Source: the human T2T-CHM13v2.0 reference genome, Homo sapiens
NCBI RefSeq assembly: GCF_009914755.1
Contig: NC_060943.1
DNA length: 64,000 bases
Strand: one strand, 5' to 3'
The notes below the pieces were generated by a model, which was not told where the DNA came from, searched no databases, and saw only the letters and a list, made by a program, of their open reading frames with translations. Numbering within the stretch: the stretch's first letter is position 1; each line of letters starts with the position of its first letter. A program made the position numbers and the translations under genes. Below, piece by piece: positions 45,840 to 58,320 of the stretch.

Positions 45840-46790
45840 GGACAGAACAGACATGTGCCCAAAGATAACATACAAACGGCCCTGAAGCCCGCAAAGACGC
45901 TCCATGCCACTGGGCACCAAGGGAAAGCACATCAAACCACAGGGGGGCCACGCACCTGGAATCCCGGCCAGTCGGGAGGCCGGGGTGGGAGGATCCCCTG
46001 AGCCTGGGAGTTCGAGACCAGCCTGGGCAACATGGTGAAACCCCTGTCTCTACCAAAACAAACAAAAAGACACCTCGAAGAGACACCACCTCACACCCAT
46101 GAGGACGCCAGAATCAGAGACAACAATCACGAGTGCTGGTGAGGACACGGGGACGCTGGGCCTCATTCACTGTTGCTGGGTGTGAAAACGGTACCGCTGC
46201 TATGGAGAACAGTTTGCGAGTTTCTCAAAAGATGACACCGAGTTACACGTGACTTGGCAATTCCACTCCTGGGTGTCTGCCCGAGACAAACGAACACATG
46301 TATCCACACAGACTCACACACACGTGTCCTCAGCAGCACAATTCACAATGGCCAGGAGTGTGAAGCACCCGAGCGTCCATGACGCAGCAAAGGACAAGTG
46401 CAGCACGGGCGCCCCACGCACCAGAACACGACTCAGCCATGAACAGGAGCAAGGCTCTGACACGGGCCCCAGTGCGAATGAACCCTGAGGACGCTACACT
46501 CAGTGAGAGACGCCAGACACAGAAAGCCACACAGTGTGTGATTCCACTTCTATGACACGTCCAGGACAGGCTGATCCACAGACGCAGGAAAGGGATGTGG
46601 GTGCCAGGGCTGGGAGTCGGGATGGGGGTGACTGCTAACAGGGACAGAGTTGCTATTTGAGCTGATGCAATGTTCTGGAATTAGAGGTGACGGCTGCACA
46701 ACTCTGCATATGTACTAAAAGTCATTTACTGCACACTTTAAAGGCTGAATTGTACAGTATATGAATCACATCTCAGTAAAACGGTTACTT
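45840..46790 (+). mobile_element. Old L1M 3' fragment (with Alu monomer at ~45945-46070)
   Basis: L1 ORF2-end/3'UTR motifs (caccacctcacaccca, gcaattccactcctgggt, ctcagtgagagacgccagacaca). Confidence 0.75.
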
Positions 46791-47223
46791 TTGAAAAAAC
46801 AGGCCCTAGGTGGGGGTGGGAACAGAGTGGGGGTCAGGCTTCCTACCAACACGGTGTGAGCCAGGCCAGCCTCAGAGTGTCCCATCCACTGCCCGAGGTG
46901 GTGGTGGGGTCCATAACCCCTCTCCCTCACCAGGGCCGAGAGCCCAGGCTCTGCCCGAGGTTTCAGGGACTCAGAGCCGGGCAGGCGTTGCAGCCAGGCT
47001 GAGCCACAGAACATGCTGCCCGGCCGCCCGGCAAGGACAGCAAACAGTGGGGCCTCATGCAGGACTGAGGACTCCAGCCTCTGCCTCCACACAGCCCACA
47101 CCTGTCCCTGGGCAGACCCTGGTTTGTGTCGGGGGCGATAGGCCCCATCCATGCTACCAGTGGGATCCCCCTCCCCTCTGCTCTGTCCCGCTCCCTCCAG
47201 CCAGCTAAGGGGAGCCGAGGAAC

Positions 47224-47316
47224 CTTCTTGTAGGTGGTTTCGCCGGATGCGTCCACACCTCGATGGCCCAACTTCTTCCCATGGCCAGGGCCCGGCTGTG
47301 CCGTCATGGACAGAAC
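47224..47316 (-). CDS. PIP5K1C: PIP5K1C exon 3 ([31 protein letters not shown])
   Basis: tcccAG acceptor, AAG|GTTCCT donor, 93 nt; GHR-VD--GETTYKK motif of type I PIP5K. Confidence 0.94.
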
Positions 47317-47614
47317 CTGGGAAGAGGAAGCAGGAAGCGTTAACTCCCTAAGGAGCACGCCCACCGGGACAGGGCACGCTCTGAAACCCTGGGAAGAAAG
47401 GTTTAGTCGTTGGGCCCAGCAGGGGTGCACAGGGCAGGGGGCAGGTCCAGGCGACTCCGGGGTGCAGCAGGAGGCCCCTCACCCGTGGGCGCCTGGCGGG
47501 CTGGCTGGGGCCCCTCAGTGTCCCACACTGGACACCCAGAAGCGCTCACTCCAAGGTGGAGACCTCTGCCTCCTCAGGAAGGGCAAGAGGATTGGGCAGC
47601 TCCAGCCCTCTAAT

Positions 47615-47772
47615 TCCAGGGTCTCCCCCAGGTGCTGTGGACACTGGGGCTGGACCGTTCTTTGGGGTGGGGCCACCCTGGGCACAGCAGGGTGCTGAGC
47701 AGCATTCCTGGCCTCCACCCACTCCATGCCAGGAGCACCTCCCAGTTGTGGCAACCACAGATGTCCCCACAC
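47615..47772 (-). mobile_element. MER20-like DNA transposon (partial)
   Basis: Reverse motif set. Confidence 0.75.
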
Positions 47773-48849
47773 AACTCTGCAAATGTACTAAAAGTCACTC
47801 ACTGCACACTTCAGAGAGTACAGTATGCAAATCACATCTCAGTAAAGTGGGTATTTTTTAAAAAAACAGGACTGAGGTGGGGGTGGGAACAGAGCGGGGG
47901 TCAGGCTTCCTGCCAACACGGTGTGAGCCAGGCCAGCCTCAGAGCATCTCACCCACCGCCTGAGGTGGTGGTGGGAGTCGTAACTCCTCTCCCTCACCAG
48001 GGCCCCTAACTGTGAGACCGCTGGGATGGAAGGATTGAAAAGACCACCTTGTCCCTGAGGGAGATGGTCTCACTGGCCAGGGTCAGGCCCGGCTCCTGCA
48101 AGCTGTCGGGCAGCGCGGGTGTCCCAGCAGATGGGACCGCCGACCCCAGGGGGCCTCAGCTTGTTGCCCTCGAGGGAGGATGTGAGGAGGGGCCTTGGGA
48201 GCCTGAAGGGACACAGAGGCCAACCAAGGAGAACAGCCCCGCCTGGCACCGTCATTTAAGGAGCGCCACTGCGTTTGCTAGGAGACCCCATGGACCCTCC
48301 ACTGGCCAGACTCCATCCCACCGCTATCAGCCCCAGGGACACGCCTGCAGCCCTGACCCCTGCCCCTGCCCTCCCTCCACAGCCGACGCTGCTCAGCCAT
48401 GTTCCCTGCATTCTCCCAGGTGGCCGCCAGGGGGCAGGCTCTCCCCAGGAATTCACCCCGCCACCCGGGCCACCCTCCACCCGCGCCACCCTCCACACTG
48501 CCCCCACGCCGGGGGACTCTGAGGAAGGATCCCAGGGTCCCAGGCCTGGTGGACAAAGCCCTCCAAGCTCTGGCTACGGACGCAGGGCCAAGGGTGGCCC
48601 AGGTGGGACAGGTGCCTTGGGGACTGCTCCTGTGAATGGGGCTCATGGACAGGTGCCCTGAGGACTGCATGCGGGAAGACGGGAGATGCAGCAGCTCGGG
48701 TGCCCTCAGAGGACGGCCCACCCCACTGCGCCCACTGGGGCTGGGAAGAAGGCCACTCGGCGCCACGGGGCTGGCAGAAGCTGCAAAGGCAGGGCCAACG
48801 TGCAGAGAAAGCTCTCGGGAGGAGACGGGCAGCAATGACAGGACCCATG

Positions 48850-49245
48850 TACATGCAGATGTGCACACACACAGACAAATATGCACACAGGCAAACACAC
48901 GTGCAGACGTGCACACAGGCAAACGTGTACATACGCACGCAGGCAAACAGGCACACAGGCAAACACACATGCACTCAGGCAAACATGAACACAGGCAAAC
49001 ACGTGCACACACGCACGTAGGCAAATGAACACAGGCAAACACGTGCACACATGCACGCAAACATGCACACACACAAACGTGCACACACACAGGCAAACAT
49101 CCACACAAGCAAAAATAGATGCACACACGCACGCAGGCAAACATGCACACACACAAACGTGCACACACGCACGCAGGCAAACATGCACACACACAAACGT
49201 GCACACACGCACGCAGGCAAACATGCACACATAGGCTGCACACAG
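48850..49245. repeat. CA/TG-rich compound repeat (~40 bp unit), intron 2
   Basis: acatgcacacacacaaacgtgcacacacgcacgcaggcaa units at 49141, 49181 and a partial unit at 49221. Confidence 0.9.
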
Positions 49246-49723
49246 CCTCACTGTGCACTACGCCTGTGTGGCTCACAGACACTGAGGGCGTGGGTGCAGC
49301 TGGTAGCCTCGGGCATCGCCCTCTGGGCAGCGTCTAACCCTCCAGCCAGGTCTTCCATTCCTGCCCCCAGTCCCCCGGCGAGAGCTGCTCTCTCCCCACC
49401 GCCCACCCCCCAGAATCCAGGCTCCACGTGGCCTGGAACCCAGAGAAGCCCTTCCTGCCCCTGCAGCCCTGACCAGGCACCCCTGCCACTGAGGGTGTGG
49501 CCCCTCAGATGCAGGGCCCCCTCCTCCATCACGGAATTTCACCCCGACCTCTCAAGACGCAGTTGGTGTAGACCTCACGTTCATCCTGCTTGTGGACACT
49601 GGACGGCATTTGGGGCCCAGAGAGGTGTAGTGAGCTGCCCCAGGCCACACAGCTTCTCCGCGAGTAGGGAGGCAGCAGGTCAGGGTGGGGACCCCAGGCC
49701 CTTCGTCCGCTCCAGACACTCAC

Positions 49724-49755
49724 CTCTGTTGGGGCCGCCTTCTTCTGAGCCAAAC
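49724..49755 (-). CDS. PIP5K1C: PIP5K1C exon 2, 32 nt (GLAQKKAAPTE); exon 1 lies beyond right edge
   Basis: ctgcAG acceptor, GAG|GTGAGT donor; phase fits exon 3. Confidence 0.9.
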
Positions 49756-52345
49756 CTGCAGAAGAGACAAGCTGGGTATCAGACAGGAAACCGGTGACCT
49801 CTGGGAGTCCTGGGCCCAGCCCCCGGCCCACCTTCTGGCGCCCCAGGCCTGGCGTGTGTAACTCCGCGTGGGGCTGGTCTCAAGGCTACACACAAGTGAA
49901 GACATGGACTGAGTGCGCTGGGAGGATGTGATGAGGGTGGGGGCCACTGGGGCCTGCCATGGTCACCCTGGTTGGCAGCCACTGGGGCCTAGAGCAGGGG
50001 AGAGGCTTTGCAGCCTCAGGGAGATGGGCAGCTGGTGACGCCTAGGCTTGGCACCCACCACGGAGGGCCTGGGGCTTGGACCTGCCTGGAGGAGGGGAGG
50101 GGAAATAGGGAGCAAACCTCCCCCGGCTCTGACCCCCTTCACACCCAGACATGAGGTTCTGGGCAGTCAACAACTGAGCAGGTCTGAACTGACCAAGCCC
50201 CGCTTCCTCGGAGGCAGGCGCCAGGAGAGGCTCGGGCATGGGGAAATCAGGTGCCAGCGTGGGGAGTGAGGGGGGGCAGGCCCCCGCTGGGGCGAGGGCA
50301 GGCTGGAGTTGCAGGGAGCGCCCAGCACCTGGGCAGCTGCGGTCAGTGGGAACTGGCCAGGGGTCCCCAGGGCTGCCGCCCTCCCTGCCCCTCTCCAGAG
50401 TGAGGTTTGTGGAAGGGTAAGAGAGGCTGCGAGGGGACCCCCAGCCCTGCCCTGGCTCCTGGGCCCGCAGCCTCCGGTCAGCGCAGCAGGGCCTGGGCCG
50501 CAGCTCCAGAGAGGACAACAGAGGCCTGCAGGATTGAGCCAACGAGCCCAGGCCTGGGCTGAGCCGGGAGCACCTTCCTCCATGCAAGGAGGCTGGGACG
50601 AGGGGAGCAGGCGAGACTCAGCTCCTAGGACCCAGGACCACATCCCCAGCCCTGGCTCCCAGCAGCAGGGCCCTGGGGTCCTCATCTGGAGAACGGGAAC
50701 AGACTCTACAGCTGTGATTACAGGCCCTGAGACCGACGGGAGATGATCCTGGGGGACCTGGGAGCCCGATGTCCTCACAGGGTCCTCACGAGCGGGGGCG
50801 AGAGGGTGAGTCAGACAGAGACTGGAAGAGGCTGCGCTGTGGCTGTGAAGAGGGAGGAAGGGACCTGAGCCGACAGATGCGGGCGCCTCTAGATGCTGGG
50901 AAAAGGGGGAAACGGATTCTCCTCTGCAGCTTGTGCTGGGCCCAGCCCTGCCCACAGCTTGACTTTAGCCTGGTGAGGCCCCGTTCTGGGGCTGGACTCC
51001 TGGCCTCGGAGCCCTGAGGTGGGAAGCGATGTCAGCGACTGCAGGGATCGCACGTGCTGGCGTCCACCATGCAGGCCTGGGGAAGACCTGGTCTCGCCCT
51101 CAAGGGGCTCACGGTCAACAGGGGTGGGCGCAGGGCTGGGTGTTTGATGTGGGGTGACAGGCGGGGTGCGGATCAGCAAGGGGGGGCTTCCCTGGGCTGG
51201 TCCTGTCTGAGCTCAGTGCCGAACAAGGATGCCGTGGGAGCCGGAGGGAGTTCCAGGCGGAGGGAACGGCAGCACAAAGGTCACAAGGTGGCTGAGGCAG
51301 CCACGCTGCACGGATAACAGCAGCGTCCTCCAGGCTCATGCAGAGGCGGGTACCGAAGGGGAGTGCCTCCCTGTTGGATTCCGATGCTGGCACCACCCAG
51401 GGCCCAGGGGCATGGAGACAAATGCTTCTTTTCAATCACAGGGGCTGTGGGTCAGGGCTGACTCCACCCCAGCTCTGCCAGCATCTTCTCACTCCATTCC
51501 CCCTTCCTAGAGGAAGAGGCTGAGGGTTGGGGAAGGGAGGGCTGGCTGAGGTCTGGCAGCTGGGGGTGCTGGGGCAGGCCCTCAAAGGGGATTATTATGA
51601 GCCCGTGGAGACACTCAGGCTGCGCCGGAGTGTGTGCAGGAGGGTGCGGCAGGTGCCCTGCTCCGTAGGGCTCGGCCCTCTGGCTGCCTCCCTGCTCTGG
51701 GCTGGGCAGCAGTGCGTTGGAACTGGTCTGGCCCTGGCTTCCAGGCCGGCTGAGGTGAGCAGGGGAGGCCAGGACATGTGAGGGGCCAACTGGGCGAGGT
51801 TCAGGGAGGTGCAGACAGGTGAGGAGGTGGGTGCGGAGTCCGCGGTGCAGACGGGGGCCGTCAGGGGTGGGGACCCGGCTGGGTGTGGACTCGGGAGAGG
51901 GGACAGAGGAGAATTTCCCCGAGAGACAAAAAGTCTTTCTGGACCAAGGCCTTACAAAGCCAGCAAAGAGTGCAGAGAAGGCGGGAGCCCTTCTGTTTTA
52001 TGACGCGGAAAGAGATGCTCAGAGGGAGGGGTGAACCCACCCGAGGTCACACAGAAGGAGAAGGAAAGTCAAACCTGGGCCTGGGTCGGCGATGCCCCAC
52101 CCTATCAGCCCTGCCAGCGCCCCTCGGCCCCCATGGGCACTGTGCTGCTCTCGGTGGGTGCACGGGAGACCCACGTGTGTCCCATCCAGAGGCTGCACCC
52201 CGGTGACCGCCCTGCCGTCTGAAAACACGTCCACCGCGGGCACTGAAGGCAACTGAATGCGACTTGGTGGAGCAGCCCATAGCTTTGCTCTGCTGCCGGG
52301 TCAGAACTGCCGGAGACAAGACGAAGGCACGAGGTGGAAAACTTT

Positions 52346-52558
52346 GCTGGGGTCAGGAGCCTCGGGGCAGGGGCAGGCCGGGGAGGGGCCTGGGGTCAGG
52401 AGCCTCGGGGCAGGCAGCAGGTATGGAGGGGGCTGGGGCCAGAAGCCTCTGCAGGCGGCAGGTGGGGAGGGGACTGCGGTCAGGAACCTGGGGCAGGCGG
52501 CAGGTGGGGAGGGGGCTGGGGTCAGGAGCCTCTGCAGGCGGCAGGTGGGGAGGGGGCC
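52346..52558. repeat. ~40-bp G-rich tandem repeat, ~5 copies
   Basis: ggggctggggtcaggagcctctgcaggcggcaggtggggag-like units. Confidence 0.8.
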
Positions 52559-52621
52559 GCATTCGAGACGCTGGTGGGCCCCTGCAGTCGTGGTCAGTCC
52601 CCACGCCTGCCTGAGGGTGCG

Positions 52622-53045
52622 GGGTTGGACGGTGTCCCTCCGACATTCACGTCCTTCCAAGAACCTCAGCCTGCAACCGTATTTGGAAAGAGAGTCTTTG
52701 CTGATGTCATTGGGTAAGATGAGGTCATGCCGGAGTGGGGTGGGCCCTGGATCCACCGCTGTCCTTATAAGAGAAGCCGCTCAGGGAGGCCAAGATGCCG
52801 TGTGGGGTGGAGGCGGGGAGGGCACCACTCCTCCAGGCCCTGAAACGCCAAGGATGCCCGGAGGCACCAGGAGCAGAGGGGTGTGGAGCTTCTCCGAGGT
52901 CGGTCGGGAGGGCAGAGCCCTGCCCACTCCTGGACCTCAGGCTCCTGGCCTCCAGAGCTGAGCCAGAACAAACGCCTGTTCAAGGCCTGCTGCTCCAAGC
53001 CCCCCAGTCCCGGGGACTTTGTCTGGGCAGCCCAGGACCTCACAC
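52622..53045 (+). mobile_element. MLT1-type LTR
   Basis: tatttggaaa...gtctttgctgatgt...taagatgaggtcat...gtccttataagaga. Confidence 0.7.
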
Positions 53046-56000
53046 GGAGCCCTCCAGTGAGGACCCCAGCCCTGGGTGGGAGGGGGCGTACTTCTCAAGG
53101 CAGCAAGAACAGCTGAAGGGTCCTCCCCTCGGGCCACCTGGATGCCCTGCAGGGCTGGGTGGGCAGCGGGTGGGCCCTGGAGGGATCTGGGGGACAGACC
53201 CATGGTGCTCACTGCAGGGGCGGGGACGGGGACGGAGGGAGTGGGGTGACTCAGGATTCCGGCTGCCACGGTGAAGGGAAAGACGGGCTGCTTCTCTGTC
53301 CTTCCAGAGGACAGGGCCAGTCGCCCCCAGGTCTCTGACAGGCCACAAAGGGCCTGCTCTGGGCCGCGGCGGGGCGGAAGGTGCTGGACGCTGACGTGAT
53401 GTTTGGGTTGGCGGCCCGGGAGCAGAACAATTCACGGTTTTACGTCCAGGGTGTGGGGGAAGGAAAAGAAGAGAGGGCAGGAAGCCAGCGGTGGGCCGGG
53501 GCGGGACGTTCCAGACCTCATCGGGGGCCCGGGCGTCCCCCTGCTCGGCCTGTCTGGGGCCTCCCTGCCCACAGTCCTGACTCTACTCGCGAAACCACCC
53601 CTCTGGGGCCCCCCCACACCCACTTGGGTGACTCAGCTGTTTTCCTCAGTGGCCCCGATGCTGAGAGGTCACAGCGCTTGGGTCCACCCCTGCCCGGACT
53701 CTCCCAGGCTCCCTACGGCCCCGGGACCCAGTGGATGCAGTGAGGCCCTCCAGACCCAGCTCTGCTGACCTCACCAGGCACCTCGGGGTCACCCGTGTTG
53801 GGTGTAGGCCCCCTGCCTCAGTTTCCCTCTGTGGTTCCACGTCTTCACCTGCCCGACTCACCTGAGCTGGCTAACGGGGAGAGGAGAGGAGAGGGGCAGG
53901 CGGCTCGGGCCCTGCTGGGAACGTCCCTGCACTGGGGGCCTGTAGGGTTAAGGGACTGGCCGGGGCCGAAGCACTGAGGTGGAGGTGGAGCAGGACGGAG
54001 AGGGGAGGCACTCGGTTGGGGGACCCCAGGGAAAATGTGGGGCTCCCAGGGCAGGCAGGAACGGGCAGCAAGGGGAGACCAGAGCCGAGTGTCCTGTGGA
54101 GGAGAGGGGACGGGGAGAAAGCACAGCCTTGCTGCCACCGCCTGCCCAGGGGGTGGGGGCAGGTGAGCGCCATCTTCACTCAATCCTCGCTCCCCATGAG
54201 GCCCGCTCAGGGCACAGAGCCTGCCGTGACCCCCATAGGGGGCTGTCATGACGGTGAGCTCTGCTCAGCCTGAGACGTGACTAATTATCTGCTGAATGAG
54301 CCACCCCGTTTTCGAGGAAATTAGGTTTTAAAAATAGTCGGGGGAGGAAAGGCGAGCCGCGCTGCGGAGCCGGGAGGTGGCCCCTCTGAGCAGTTTCCGC
54401 TGGCCAGGCCCGAGGCGGGGGCTCTGCCGCTGGGGCCCCTCTCTCCTGGCCCCATCACAGGACGTGGTGGCGACCCGGGCCTGCGGTGCACGGCTCTGAT
54501 CGCTGGCTGCACGGTGACCTCATCGGCCACCCCACCTCCCTGTGTGCCCAGGGCTTCTCTCTGAGCCTCAGTCTCTCTCTATAAAGTGCGGCTGAAGCCA
54601 GCTCGAGCCCTAGAGGCACTGCCATTCTCCACGGGGCCACATGGCCGCCTCTGCACCCAGCTGTTCCCTGGCCTGCGCCTGGTCTCCGCCCTGGCCCTGC
54701 CAGTGCTCCCTGGACACTGTGTCCCACACCAGCCACCTTTGCCACCCCACTGACACCGCCCCATCCTGCAGACCAGCCTGGTCCCTCCTGCTGAGCCTGG
54801 GGGCTCCCTCAGGACGGGGCCTGCCCTGGGCTGACAGCATGGGCGTGTTTGTTGACTGACCCATGGACTGACAGATACCCGTTCCTCTTTTCTCTGCACA
54901 ACAGGCCTCCGCCAGAGCTTCCTCTCCACATCTGTCTGACATGGACACTGAGGCAGGGAATGACTAAACTGGGGGAGGAGGCAGATTGTCAGGCTGGCTC
55001 TGCAGTGAGACCCAAAGTAAGAATGGGGACGGAGAGGTCTGGACAGGTGGCCAGAGGGAGGGAGGCATCACAGTGAGAGGAAACAGGGCACATTCTGGGC
55101 TCACCGACAGGGCGCCGTGGGGCAGAGGGCCCAGCGAGGCAAGCTCGAGGGTGGGTGGAAGGTGCCTCAGCCCCTGTGGGCACCTGCAGGGCACTGTGAC
55201 AGCAGGCAGGACAGGAACAGTGGTGGCCTCATCCCTGTAGAACCAAGGTCCAGACCCCCATGGCTGGGAGGAGAAAGCCCCAGCCCTGGAGGCGGTGGGG
55301 GCGGGGGGAGAGTGGGCAGGGCCCTGGAAGGCCCAGGATGATGAAGCTGGGGACTGGGGGGCTGGGGACTGGGGGGCCGGGGAGAGCCCACGGCAGGGGA
55401 GGGATTCTGCGAAAGGGGGCCCACCCACCCCGCCCCCACCGCAGACAAGGGTCTCCCCAGGCCTCACTGCAACCCTGCAGGGTGAAGACCAGGCCCTGTC
55501 ACCCCACCAGACCCTGTGTGGCCCCCTCCCTGCCCTCTGCTCCTCCCTCTGCTCCAGCCACACGGGCCCTCGCTGTCCCTCCAGCACGCCAGCGCCACCC
55601 TGTGTCATGGCCTTTGCACGAGCGGTGCCTCTGCCTGGCCTGCCAGTCCCAAGATTCCCTCACGGTTTGTTCCTGTTTCACCCCAGACCTGGCTTGAACA
55701 TCACCCCTCAGAGGCCTCCTCCAGCCAACCTGCACCAAACGATCCCCTCCTCACTGCCCGGCACACGGCACCACCTGATACATGGCTGTTGTCATCCCCA
55801 CAACAGGGGTCCCAGGCCTGCTCTGTCACCTGCTCACAGACTCTGGCAAAGCTCTGAGGGCAGCAAGGGAAGGCCAGTGAGAAAGGGGCGGCAGTGGGAC
55901 CCAGGTGTGTCAGAGTAGCACAGGGGGCCTGCACCCCTGGGTGGGGCCGCTGCCCAGAGGGCAACTGCTGGGCACCCCAGGACAGGTGCAGGCTCGCCGT

Positions 56001-56344
56001 GACACAGCAACCCGGGTGTGTGAGGACGGCCCAGGCACGGGGTCCTGCGATCCCACAAGCAGGAAGCAACCCCGGGCCAGAGCTCACGGTCACCTCCCTC
56101 ATTCGCTGGAACAACCCATCCTCTGGCCTCCCGCCGTGCAGGCCTCCGACCATGGGGACCACAGGCCCCTCTGAGGACCTGCCAGGACGGCCAGGCTGGG
56201 CAGCGGCACTCCACGACACAGGCTGGGGTGGGGACCCGGAGGCGGCAGGGCCGACCCTCAGCTCTGGTGAGGCTCAGACCAGGACCCGGCGGACAAGGGT
56301 AGGCCGTGCAAGAATCTTCTCCTGCTAAACTGCAGAAAGGCCTT

Positions 56345-56742
56345 CTGTGGCTGTCCACAGATGGCTGCGACGCTTGGCAGTAGTGTGACTTGCTCTGACC
56401 AACAGAATGTGATGCAAGGGATGGTGTGGGCGTGAGGAAGGCTGGCACTTCTCACTGTGCCTCTGGGAACCTGGGCCACGACACTCAGAGGCCAGCTCCC
56501 TGCAAAAAGACCGGGCGGCCCCAGCTGTTCCTGCCATCCTGGCTGAGGGTTGGACAGGCAAGTGTAGGACGAGCTTGAATTTCCTGCCACTGCCGACCAC
56601 AGCCATGGAACTAACCCCAGGTATGACCTACAGAAGAACCACCCAACTGAACCCAACCCAAATAACAGAATCGCAAGCAAATACACAGTTGTTTGAAGCT
56701 TCTGTCTGGGGGTGGTTTGTTATACAATAGCTGACTGAAACA
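56345..56742 (+). mobile_element. MLT1-type LTR
   Basis: tgacttgctctgaccaacagaatg; 3' end gggggtggtttgttatacaatagctgactgaaaca. Confidence 0.7.
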
Positions 56743-57202
56743 GATCTCGGCTCACTACAACCTCTGCCTCTTGGGTTTAAGTGATTCTCCTGTCTCAGCC
56801 TCCCCCGAGTAGCTGCAGATCTTGGCTCACTACAGCCTCCGCCACTCGGGTTCAAGCGATTCTCCTGCCTCAGCCTCCCCCGAGTAGCTGCAGATCTCGG
56901 CTCACTACAGCCTCCGCCTCCCGGGTTCAAGCGATTCTCCTGCCTCAGCCTCCCCCGAGTAGCTGCAGATCTCGGCTCACTACAGCCTCCGCCTCCCGGG
57001 TTCAAGCGATTCTCCTGCCTCAGCCTCCCCCGAGTAGCTGGGACTACAGGCACGCACCACCATGCCCAGCTTTTTTGTATTTTTAGTAGAGATGGGGTTT
57101 CACCGTGTTACCCAGGATGGTCTCAATCTCTTGACCTCGTGATCTGCCCGCCTTGGCCTCCCAGCGTGCTGCGATGACAGACATGAGCCACCGTGCCCGG
57201 CC
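56741..57202 (-). mobile_element. Tail-less Alu with 4x75 bp internal tandem amplification
   Basis: cagatct starts at 56741, 56816, 56891, 56966. Confidence 0.92.
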
Positions 57203-57294
57203 TATCTGTGGACTTCTTTGGAACAGGAGGAGTTACAGTTTTTAATTCCTTTGTCTTACTTGGACTTCTTACATTCAAAGAAGCATTAATAATC

Positions 57295-57660
57295 TGTACA
57301 TGGATTATTCAGCCATGAAAAGGAGTGAGGCTCTGACGCAGGCCACAGCACGGATGCACCTTGAAGACGTCACACTCAGTGAGAGATACCAGACACAAGA
57401 GGCCATGCAGTGTGTGACCCCATTTCTATGAAATGTCCAGGACAGGCTGATCCAGAGAGACAGGGAGGGGATGCATGGGTGCTGGGGCTGGGGAGGGATG
57501 GAGAGTGACAGCCGCCAGGCGCAGGGTTTGCTTTCGGGGTGATGGAAATGTACTAGAATTAGTGGCAGTGACTGAACAACTCTGTGAATACGCCGAGAAG
57601 AATTTACTCAGTTGCAATAAGTAAGCAGTAAGACACTTTCAAAGAGTGAATTTTGTGTCC
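57295..57660 (+). mobile_element. Old L1M 3'UTR fragment
   Basis: Homologous to 46430-46750. Confidence 0.7.
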
Positions 57661-58122
57661 CAGAAAAGCAAAATGAAGATGCAGATCCCTTTAGTTGCAA
57701 AAGCATTGCCCAGTGACATACACCATCTGGAACCTTCTCCAAACTCGGTCATCCCCCAGGGCCTCAGTTTGCTTGTCTCTAAAGGAGGTTGGGGGACTTG
57801 GTCAAGGCTTGACCAGAAGGGCAGCCAGTCTGCTGCAGGCTGGAGCTTCTCACACTGTCTGTGCTGTAGAACTGAGTTCAACCTTTCTTTTCTCTCCATC
57901 ATGGACCAAGGCTTTTGTGAAACGCAGTAAACAGCAACTACCGAGGTCTGAAAGGCTGGTGCCGACCCTCAGCTTCTGCTCCTCTCTGGTATGGACCGGG
58001 ATGGACAGTCTCGTCCATGGTGACATCAAACGGCCCTGCCTCAGGCCTCTTCTCTCTTGATATGAGTGTACCCACATGCAAACGGCTTGGGGGCCTCCAG
58101 GCACCCCCCAAAGCCCATGCAA

Positions 58123-58320
58123 ACCAGGATCTCCCCCCTCAGCACTTAGGGCTGGATTGTTCTCTGGGCTGGTCACTGGGGCCGTCCTGGGCACTGCAGG
58201 GTGCCGAGCAGCATCCCTGGCCTCCACCCACTCCATGCCAGGGGCACCCCCCAGCTGTAACAACCACAGATGTCTCCAGACATGGCCCCGTGTCCCCAGG
58301 GGGGCAGGATGACCCCAGGT
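58123..58320 (-). mobile_element. MER20-like DNA transposon
   Basis: Reverse motif set. Confidence 0.75.

Noticed and set aside
48278-49797. Cys/Val- and His/Thr-rich ORFs resembling metal-binding proteins
   Set aside because: Translations of the CA/TG repeat
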